Source: a virus
Lineage: Duplodnaviria > Caudoviricetes
Virus record (IMG/VR): IMGVR_UViG_3300013383_000017
Coordinates: 64,001 to 128,000 of that record
Direction: 5' to 3' (one strand)
DNA: 64,000 nucleotides
The translations under genes were made by a program, and so were the position numbers. The first letter of the stretch is position 1. Every line of letters starts with the position of its first letter. Under the pieces are notes generated by a model that did not search any database, was not told the origin of the DNA, and saw only the letters and a list, made by a program, of their open reading frames with translations. Below, in pieces: positions 40,501 through 46,006 of the stretch.

Positions 40501-41857
40501 TAAAATCTTTTGCTATTTGATTTATAGTATTGTAATTATTAGTATTAATCATTGATGCTTCATCTATGACTACTACAGTACCCGGATAAATGCCATTTTT
40601 TGCTAAATTGCTAAGATCTAATTTGTTTACTAGATTTTTAACATTATAATCTTCTTTTGAAGAATCTAGCTCAACCATTATTCCAAATGCTTTATTCAAA
40701 GTGATAGCTTTAAATCCTGTTTTTTTTACTTTCTCAGAAAGAACAGCTGCTGCTTTGTTAGTTGATGCACTAAAAACTATATTTACACCATCTTGTGTAC
40801 ATTTGTCAGCAACCATTTGCATTAATGATGTTTTTCCAGTACCAGCATAACCACTAAGAGTCATTGTTGTTGCATCTGATTTAATAAAGTCACTTATAGT
40901 GTTTAATGCTTCTTCCTGCTGTTTATTAGGTTTAAATGAAGCATCTACTTTAATACCATCATTAAATGTAAAATATGTAGGAGTATTGCTTAAAATAGTT
41001 TCTTTTTCTTCTGTTTTGTCTTCTAATCTTTGCCCTGTTTCTGCATCTATAATATCTCCTCTTGTATTTACAATATAATTTTTATTTTTATATTCTACAA
41101 CTACTGCTTTATTTAGTAATACATCAAGATTAAAAAGTATTTTATTTCTATCAGGACCTTCTTCTGCAAATACTTCTCTACCTTCTGTATTATATATTTT
41201 AGTTCCTTTTACAATATATTCTTGTTGTATTTCCCCTTTTGGAGTATATTTGATTTTATATCCCTCTTTATCTTGAGACTCCTCTGCATTTTCTATAGGA
41301 GAAAAACTATTAGGCTGTACTGTTTTTTTACTTTTTTTTGCTATAGCTTCATTTAACTTTTCACTAAATTCAGATATTTGATCATCAGTAAAATCCCTTA
41401 AAAATATTTTTTTTCTGGTGTATACATCTATTATAGTACCTTTATCATCAATAACATATTTTTGGTTATTATATTCTACTATCCAAGCTTCTCCTTTTGA
41501 AATTTTATAATTCATTAATATAAAATCTCTTTCAGGATTGCCTTTTTTAAATACTTCATTACCCTCCTCATCTGTAATGATGTACTCACCAGAAGTATTC
41601 TGCATTATTAAAAATTTTTTCTCTTCTCCTCCATATTTAAATGGTACTACTCTAGCATCTTTAAATCTTGAATCTATGTCTTCAATTTGTTTAGCCATAT
41701 AATCATCTAATTCTTTTTGTGAAGGCATAGTATCTTTTATAAATACACCTAGTTTTGCTCTAATAAATCTTTCTGTAACATATTTTTTATCTTTATATTT
41801 AGATAAAAAATCTTCAATTACTCCTTGTGGGATTACCTTACATTCTATTTTACTCAT
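31568..41857 (-). CDS. Virion DNA-dependent RNA polymerase polyprotein with N-terminal SF1B (Dda/RecD-like) helicase and SLOG-like domains (3429 aa)
   Basis: GSDFDIDK catalytic motif (about 34016-34042), VGYRIPT and NVTDGQGF. Helicase motifs GYAGTGKT, IDEASM, GDSAQL, LTQVER, TVHKSQGSTF and YVAVSRA. SLOG-like SGGAKGAD...GGTAYA. Confidence 0.88.
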   Translation of the reverse strand: MSKIECKVIPQGVIEDFLSKYKDKKYVTERFIRAKLGVFIKDTMPSQKELDDYMAKQIEDIDSRFKDARVVPFKYGGEEKKFLIMQNTSGEYIITDEEGNEVFKKGNPERDFILMNYKISKGEAWIVEYNNQKYVIDDKGTIIDVYTRKKIFLRDFTDDQISEFSEKLNEAIAKKSKKTVQPNSFSPIENAEESQDKEGYKIKYTPKGEIQQEYIVKGTKIYNTEGREVFAEEGPDRNKILFNLDVLLNKAVVVEYKNKNYIVNTRGDIIDAETGQRLEDKTEEKETILSNTPTYFTFNDGIKVDASFKPNKQQEEALNTISDFIKSDATTMTLSGYAGTGKTSLMQMVADKCTQDGVNIVFSASTNKAAAVLSEKVKKTGFKAITLNKAFGIMVELDSSKEDYNVKNLVNKLDLSNLAKNGIYPGTVVVIDEASMINTNNYNTINQIAKDFNLKIIYVGDSAQLNPVKENNISKVFTNNNGKVVTLTQVERTGDNAILKEATALRNNKGLSEESSFNKEGKGVAYIKSNNHDSIKKIIQHFATKIKDNPNYFRILAYTNKMVAYYNDLTRSVLGYKTMIPRVGEPMMGYTNMGYDWRTGSYALVNSEAYTVTDVKEQKSISVQLSDTTVEFSAVPITLINSSKKANTFNFIDIKTNQKNKLAAITVAEEKKKLWKKWRENRGNKKLANAILAKIQYLDSFLFVNDDIIDDKGNTLQNKVIDYGYAMTVHKSQGSTFDNVLIDDDDIAKVQNTSELDEWSDFLGKGIENTILKQLEYVAVSRATDTVSIISKNTKKEGTPLQPETAQSSKTEGYKLPFNPKEATFYSGGAKGADTYWGEVANKAGIKVVHYTTSDWDNLPKELKEKFEKEYLEVVKILGRKVLNENTYVGKLVRRSMMQADDADAIFAISTLDNDGFVKGGTAYAVIRGIQRGIPVYLFDQNSNSWKIWDDGNFKEIPQPTITKNAAVIGSRELQDNGKKAIDAILSGSKGRENIIAIANKIFEGKKNKKEQQENNNKDYQFVTVAPYFRSKLTSSNKEEMIQATKDIQEKANKLAKKLGLEIVKVEPLGGTYLGSSEISWFYTLKNADQEKIDLFASLMGDLSNEYQDAVIAANYVNTEEEATALEVVFTTPEGTTIEQIEKTLQEVGIDGSSFHFDTNELAITCFSQEEVDNIFNKLKDKYEYKGYSFQNSRYLDNESRRNLYKTWLKTKSNTQDRSLYNACSKALAICEAAARYPEEVKETERFEATKQAAEQWDKDNLKKQSVQTEDKKTTTPLLGREGIGTTFDPKPTVEEQKRIDKIKEKERVTSKNLNNVFGSAAAKLNRVNLIVLKIEEVLDYYIEDLKADAESKGKKYKKTKKYLLTKYTDVLLREFKDVFLRPDQSFRKDKYTEEDWQYIEGEFKKIYDNFEQLFAEAANLLYKREDVKIDIVSQEDAKIGEFTDEDYDYIMNHETSEKTEKEEDNNIEDNDTETETVEAEEVNEEEKQDIKQGFSVKIREVDPRTTLSATSRRVLSNLHKVDLNGKKITDDLGFAQYEDADRVHTVLLEVVSKLNSPEEFLPAIQKLGIKYGWAKELYKMIQDDIMKESMSRDLSHVANIDAALYTDLYSEYLNYWIQIENKTKRVNKSNAEEYLVKEWARVYSTGTAYSKYPVYNSNQTFNLQNIKRAEALLNSINEKVIVPYLSDEQRIQIYKDNILGIVELLRMIGVNTTKEELLASTDYISENSEEGEKEKNTLQAFVTIKSSISTILDSLYNKNLDKEGKSTLLPQGTNIFTDIKFQPGNDNNRRWRELAQVIGVIPENVSMASFTEDGKSRYAYTKPSFWGRLLNAVYTLNYDQFKDYLQENFGKYKQFKDKNGYKNEFLRLLDTDSSFKKTLQRKVLLSKDKKEIEEMNAAEYFAACYAEYSNNDNKKGEIWMPMFILSDSSSYEFYKVPHMRRDKVLEDLVDLCMQEWERINLVLAREKNDMAPIANFDGKRGKQFCYFEFLNNPETFNAIVKAGSETERREIIEEELKDGLNREFNTFASKYVKDATEEKLKDLQDYYLNYTFWNSQMMQLLMVDPAYFKSITDFFKRCKGVISATKRLYTPAMERRAQLESRNFNRKKRRFISLSDIQYKSKILTEVDAIFKKAVKEGRMNKQEYDFMISNWKSNVNVTDGQGFVTLTSLKDTLLGLGLWNDTMQEAYMHIKTGRFTFNDIQTMVTVLKPYVFTNIDVESGVTNSEGENYGKLKVPMIIKNSEAVMMAIYQEIAGELGNSPFLKALNRFCEKENVELAQFSSGIKIGNIAPIDLNQAIEENWSEEQILDYLEEVSKIPNVIKEHNREDWGLITETPEHARDALSIIGSQAKKITTANIPDSFSFTYKHNGKEIKIGKKPFVNLVQFMLTAGYIKGFEGIQKICRDNISLSTFLLSQMAGSDQYTDDDRYAVSLNEDGEFNVPLTEPANRNRIEKLLSSIVSKKVTRQQMAGASCVQISAVGKTDDLSIRFKDKDGKLLPTKKQWLKNNKDKTEKDWENYINSIEGLSVAYYECYMPVYAKKFFRKYFKDGKVDVNKLPKELRKVVGYRIPTEAAYSMQPIYIKDFLPATMGSSIMLPAEITKIVGSDFDIDKVFMLLPEVKYDKETKKLVADTVNLEDYINEDGSIDYAKIYKETTQTQRNTLLKDLIFEFLTNKDTADLNLRVGNFSDYVREATIADIMDNMSIPQILEYYNIKQEDITDTKEIKKIVAKFYNEINNMSSSELRKLKEQALSRNQSLVSFNTQLFTFEQFNLGDKMIGINAVAAAGHNIGELTTTKTKKPFTFLGYTISKIDDIYDKEGTLISSNIAEGIGASVDNASNPTLYSLGHNPNTGNVTNFLLRAGIPLKVVLKYVKAMSTLEKNSEYKKLEISDDERKSLYRAINSVKLEDIIILSKMVETPGYLEIDSNASLAKTIHVLNEVIQSYGGTLNSYTLAARGDAQSNEAGPTLGQTVATLLKLKNSLDSADKKGNIVTNMVNIDSMLEQNPNSIDDLIKEIMEQPIPFVYAATKCGLVMGNNQLLKHVKIKAVLQNALDLLAETDITYTSTDELAKFIDQYINDYYLFLLRGTPSFSYDYIELLQKVPNVLAEMQEKYPEEFRTNALLNNIKVYIYNNSVIGQRIGFSKDYGVNRTQIENIKDAWYKLLTSNNKDLHRLGVSLLLYATTYGFNYLPNSLMPYISAIVKSKVEEYSATMNKDLNAQQNEALVSSFNKQFMANHLYDNFLFSVIGKKKNDVTLIDGYKTITATFEEGQSKTYVKLKAPAFEIGETVTVYYKKVSEEKKGDKVVCTYERIQKMGDSKLREYYCQEVVEKTIRDTLLQDNNSNTNEQAVSQEESENGEFIGDASTSDIEKLADETNDVNDNESDDFVMEGDNPIIDMLLSSADKVSARENQENTVLDENGEFVEMC

Positions 41858-41905
41858 ATTAATATATATTAATTATTAATTAAATATCAAATATAAATTT
41901 TAGTG

Positions 41906-41936
41906 CTAATATAGTAAAAAGAAATAAATTATACAA
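41906..41936 (-). promoter_or_regulatory. Promoter-like element for the RNAP gene
   Basis: On the - strand TTG-N20-TATATTAG; a second TATATTTG lies at 41888-41895. Confidence 0.55.
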
Positions 41937-41946
41937 TAGTTTTAAT

Positions 41947-41990
41947 AAAAAAGTAGGGCAGTAATAATTAAATATTACTACCCCATAAAT
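41947..41990 (-). terminator. Terminator ending the replication module
   Basis: Imperfect stem gtagggcagtaata / tattactacccc, preceded by an A-tract (T-tract on - strand). Confidence 0.6.
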
Positions 41991-42046
41991 AAAAAATTAA
42001 ATAGGTTTTAAATATAAAATAATCATTAATATATAATTAATAAGTA

Positions 42047-42841
42047 CTAAAGATAATAATTATCTTTGAAATATTTATATAGAGAATCTAATAATCTGTG
42101 CATTTCAGGATGTGCTTTTCCTGTTTTATCTAGTACTCTTAAATCAAATAAATGTTTCCAATCTTCTATAAAACCAGTTACTACTATCTCTGTTTTAGTA
42201 CAAAGAGGTAATATATCTCTACATTCTTGTGCTTTAAAATCTTTAGATAACTTCATATAGTTATTTTCTACTGTTGCTAAGTAATTATAAAACTCTTTTT
42301 TGGTTTTAGTATCAGCATTTTTAACCCAAAGGGGTTCTATAAAAGATAACTCATTACCAAATTTATCTTTAGAATAATTACAATATCTTGATGATTCTTG
42401 AGCAAAACTCATAGTTCTATGTCTAACTAGTTCATTAGCAATGGCTCTATCAGTTATAAATCTAACTGTTGGTCTAATTTTATCTATATTAGGTGTAGGA
42501 TTATATAACTTTAAATCATCTAATCTACCTAGCTCTTGTAATACTCTTAAATTTGATATAACTGTATAGTTACCATTTATATCTAATCTGCATATAGAAT
42601 AGTGATTACAACCATAATCTGCTTCATAAGAATAGGGAAACTTTAATGATACTGTTCCAAATTCTAGCATAGCATAGTGTTTATGTTTTATAAGATTATC
42701 TACAAATCTTTTATAGGAATCTTCAGTTATACAATCAGAGGATTTATAGCATGTTCTTCCTACTTTTTCTATTTGTTTATAGATACCTTCTACTCCTTTT
42801 TCTTGTTTAATTATTTCCCATGATGGCTCTAAAAGTTTCAT
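42047..42841 (-). CDS. thyX: Flavin-dependent thymidylate synthase
   Basis: ELVRHRTMSFAQESSRY (RHRx7S motif) and AHPEM. Confidence 0.92.
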   Translation of the reverse strand: MKLLEPSWEIIKQEKGVEGIYKQIEKVGRTCYKSSDCITEDSYKRFVDNLIKHKHYAMLEFGTVSLKFPYSYEADYGCNHYSICRLDINGNYTVISNLRVLQELGRLDDLKLYNPTPNIDKIRPTVRFITDRAIANELVRHRTMSFAQESSRYCNYSKDKFGNELSFIEPLWVKNADTKTKKEFYNYLATVENNYMKLSKDFKAQECRDILPLCTKTEIVVTGFIEDWKHLFDLRVLDKTGKAHPEMHRLLDSLYKYFKDNYYL

Positions 42842-43098
42842 ATTTTCTTTAGTATAAATGTATAATCATTGTTGATTTTTTCAATAACAGTATCCTTGTC
42901 TATTGTAAAACCGACACTTAGAAAAGGACCCCCTTCTGGATCTACTGCTAATATACCTTTATTATCTTCTGTATATATATGTCGGGTATAATTAGAATTT
43001 CCAGCATCTAGAGCATATTCATTGTTATTTATCTGTATTAATCTTACTTTATAATTATATCTATTATATAAAGTATATTCTTTTTTAAATTTACTCAT
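42838..43098 (-). CDS. Hypothetical protein
   Basis: Overlaps neighbours in operon; VDPEGGPFLSVG motif. Confidence 0.65.
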   Translation of the reverse strand: MSKFKKEYTLYNRYNYKVRLIQINNNEYALDAGNSNYTRHIYTEDNKGILAVDPEGGPFLSVGFTIDKDTVIEKINNDYTFILKKI

Positions 43099-43240
43099 AT
43101 GGTTCTAATGTGTAGTGTTTTACTTGTATATTAGGTAATTTAGTAATTAAAGTATTATAAGCATTACTATAAGAAGTTCCTAATACTGTTACTTCTGTTG
43201 TTAAATTAAACACATTAATTGTAAAAATAAACTTATTCAT
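43091..43240 (-). CDS. Small hypothetical protein (49 aa)
   Basis: ATG at 43240 overlaps the end of the upstream gene; the longer start in the ORF track is unlikely. Confidence 0.5.
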   Translation of the reverse strand: MNKFIFTINVFNLTTEVTVLGTSYSNAYNTLITKLPNIQVKHYTLEPYE

Positions 43241-43424
43241 CTTTAATATATAATTTACAATGGCATATATTCCTTTCCCTAAAATCAGTACAAGGACAAT
43301 GGGGGTCTTTTGATTTATTATCACAGATACACTTATTCCCATTTTTCTCTATTAATCTTGTAATATTATCTACTATTTTTTCATTAGGATTTAGGTGGAA
43401 TCCTTCTTTTTCTACATAATACAT
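43233..43424 (-). CDS. Minimal ferredoxin-thioredoxin reductase catalytic-subunit-like protein
   Basis: CIC...CPC...CHCKLY matches the FTR CPC/CPC/CHC pattern; LNPN at the N-terminus. Confidence 0.75.
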   Translation of the reverse strand: MYYVEKEGFHLNPNEKIVDNITRLIEKNGNKCICDNKSKDPHCPCTDFRERNICHCKLYIKDE

Positions 43425-44926
43425 TACATACCTCCTACTTCTAATATAGCTCCTCCAATAGATAGCAAAGATAATGCTGTGGATGCTGCATTTTGTACAG
43501 AATTAAGTATTACTAATTTAGGGTCTATAATATAAGAATTTATTAAGTTACATTTCTTCATATTTTTAAAATCAAAGCCTTGCATTTCTTTAATATTATC
43601 ATATGAAATTTCAGCATTTTGACATTGTTTGATTAAAGGCTCATAAAGAACAGTATAAAAAGGATTATTTTTAATTTTATTAGCAATATCTCTATATGCA
43701 AAACCTCCACCTTTTACTACACCTCCATTTAAAGCAGCTTTAACAGCACAAACAGCATCTTCTACTCTATCATACTTTTCTTTTATTTCTGACTCTGTTA
43801 ATCCGCCTACTTTAATTACTGCTAATTTACCTAATAACTTTGCCTTTCTTCTTTCTAAAGATACTAAAATTGGATCATTATTTTCTTTGGCTAATTTGAT
43901 TTGTTGTGTTAATTCTTCCTCTCTTTCTTTAAGACTTTCTATATTATTATCTATATATATTACAGTATCAGAAAAAGAAGATATTACTTTTTCACAATGA
44001 CCTAATTCATTAGGGCTAAACATTCTTATATTATTAAGAAGTTTAGCACCTGTAACAGCACAATAGTCTCTTAAAGTATCTTCTTTATTACCTACCCAAC
44101 CTTGGTTTTTAATAAGCAGTACTGAAGAATTACCTTGATAATTATTCCTAATTACTCCTCTTATTACTTCTTCTCCAAAATCATTAGCTATAAGTAATAA
44201 TGGTTTTTTCTGCTCTATTGCATGCTTCATAATAGGCATAATGTCTTTAAAATAAGGAATAGTATTATTTACAACTACTACTAAAGCATCAGTATATTTA
44301 CATTCTTTTCTGACTTTATCAGTAAAGAAATCTGATGATATAAGTCCTGTATTAAATAAAGCACCTTCTATACAATCTACAGTATCTTTTTGATGGTCAG
44401 TTAATTCAAATAGCACAACTCCACTACTTCCTGCTTTTATAAAAGCATCTTTTACTATTTCTCCTATATAATCATCATTATTTGCAGATATAGTAGCAAT
44501 ACCTTTTATATAGTCAATATCTTTATATGTTATTACTTTGCTATCTTTTTCTAATATTTTTGCAGTACTATCTACTAAATCCCCTAATAATTCTTTTACT
44601 TCCAATAGTGTATTAGTTTTAAGCATTTCTACTCCTTTTTTATAAAACCCACTAGTCAATATAGTAGTAGTTGTAGTACCATCACCTGCTTCTTTTGCAG
44701 TTTTTTCTGCTGCTTCTCTTACTATAGATATAATAGCATTAATAATAGGGTCTTCATCCTGCAATTTTTTAGCTACTGATACACCATCTTTTGTAATAAA
44801 TGGTTTACCCATATTATCAGTAAGCATTATAGTCCTTCCTCTTGGACCCAAAGTTAATGAAACATAACCATTTATCTCATCTACTCCTTTTCCTATTAAT
44901 TGTTTTATCTCTTTAGTTTTAATCAT
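43424..44926 (-). CDS. groEL: Chaperonin GroEL-like
   Basis: TLGPRGR, ITKDGVSVAK, AGDGTTT, ATISANND, DRVEDAVCA and GVVKGGG. Confidence 0.93.
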   Translation of the reverse strand: MIKTKEIKQLIGKGVDEINGYVSLTLGPRGRTIMLTDNMGKPFITKDGVSVAKKLQDEDPIINAIISIVREAAEKTAKEAGDGTTTTTILTSGFYKKGVEMLKTNTLLEVKELLGDLVDSTAKILEKDSKVITYKDIDYIKGIATISANNDDYIGEIVKDAFIKAGSSGVVLFELTDHQKDTVDCIEGALFNTGLISSDFFTDKVRKECKYTDALVVVVNNTIPYFKDIMPIMKHAIEQKKPLLLIANDFGEEVIRGVIRNNYQGNSSVLLIKNQGWVGNKEDTLRDYCAVTGAKLLNNIRMFSPNELGHCEKVISSFSDTVIYIDNNIESLKEREEELTQQIKLAKENNDPILVSLERRKAKLLGKLAVIKVGGLTESEIKEKYDRVEDAVCAVKAALNGGVVKGGGFAYRDIANKIKNNPFYTVLYEPLIKQCQNAEISYDNIKEMQGFDFKNMKKCNLINSYIIDPKLVILNSVQNAASTALSLLSIGGAILEVGGM

Positions 44927-45146
44927 TTTGTTCTAACATATTTATTTTTTCATTTATATAGAAAATAGCTTTCTTTAAATCTTCTATTTCTTTTTCTCTA
45001 TCTTCTAGACCCTCTTCTCTTTTTAATCCTGCTCTCCAAAGATATTTTATAGCATTACCTATACAAAAGTCTCTATATTTTACAATTTCTATACACTCTA
45101 CCCCACTAAGGTCTTTATAATAATTAGGGTGATTAACTCTTTCCAT
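44919..45146 (-). CDS. DUF3310-like protein
   Basis: VNHPNYY...ECI...FCIGNAIKYLWRAG.K...EDLKKA.FY. Confidence 0.8.
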   Translation of the reverse strand: MERVNHPNYYKDLSGVECIEIVKYRDFCIGNAIKYLWRAGLKREEGLEDREKEIEDLKKAIFYINEKINMLEQND

Positions 45147-45387
45147 TTTCTATTGTTTTTAGTATATCTTCTTTAGTCATTAAGCCTTTATGTGTAGCAT
45201 AAGGTATAGTATCATTATCTTTATAGAATTCAAGATATGGGATATTAACTATTCCTTTTTCTTCTATAACATCTTCATTTTTATCTATATCAATCTCTTC
45301 AAATTCTACACCACTATCTTTTAAATTTATAGTAGTGGCTTTACAAGGAGCACACCATTCTGCTCCATATTTTTTTACTTTTACCAT
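45133..45387 (-). CDS. Thioredoxin/glutaredoxin-like protein
   Basis: AEWCAPCK active site and NIP cis-Pro loop; ATG at 45387. Confidence 0.85.
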   Translation of the reverse strand: MVKVKKYGAEWCAPCKATTINLKDSGVEFEEIDIDKNEDVIEEKGIVNIPYLEFYKDNDTIPYATHKGLMTKEDILKTIENGKS

Positions 45388-45388
45388 A

Positions 45389-45970
45389 TTATTTATTTTT
45401 TCTTTTATTAATAATATCTTTAAGTTCATAATAAGATATAGGGTAATAATTATTATTATCTACTCCTACATCATACTGCTCTGGATAGCACAATTTTAAT
45501 CTATCTAAATCTAAACTTGTAGACTTAGGACCAGAATGCACATGTCCATATAACTGAATAAAGTGTCTATAATCATAACATAAAAAAGGAAAATGATTAA
45601 GATAAATACCTGTATTATCTATATTTATTTTTAATTGATTAGTTCTATAATAAAGTAAATTATCATAATCCTTTCTTAAATTTCTGGCATCATGATTACC
45701 CATAATTAACACTATATTACCATTTAGTTTAGAAAATATTTCATACCATAATTTTGAACCACCAAATATGAAATCTCCTAAATGATATACTATATCATCT
45801 TTTTTTACTTTACTATTCCAATTATCTATTAAAACTTGATTCATTTCTTCTACTGATTTATAAGGTCTGCTGCAATATTGAATTATTGCAGCATGACCAA
45901 AATGAGTATCAGAAGTGAAAAATGTTTTATTAGGTGAAGGACTTAATATTTTTTCTATATTATCTACCAT
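45389..45970 (-). CDS. Calcineurin-like metallophosphoesterase
   Basis: SDTHFGH, HLGD, GNHD and GHVH. Confidence 0.9.
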   Translation of the reverse strand: MVDNIEKILSPSPNKTFFTSDTHFGHAAIIQYCSRPYKSVEEMNQVLIDNWNSKVKKDDIVYHLGDFIFGGSKLWYEIFSKLNGNIVLIMGNHDARNLRKDYDNLLYYRTNQLKINIDNTGIYLNHFPFLCYDYRHFIQLYGHVHSGPKSTSLDLDRLKLCYPEQYDVGVDNNNYYPISYYELKDIINKRKNK

Positions 45971-45974
45971 AATG

Positions 45975-46005
45975 CAAATATAATAAAAAATAATAAAAGA
46001 AACAA
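45975..46005 (-). promoter_or_regulatory. Consensus Bacteroidota promoter
   Basis: On the - strand TTTG-N20-TATATTTG, ending 4 nt before ATG 45970. Confidence 0.6.
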
Positions 46006-46006
46006 A

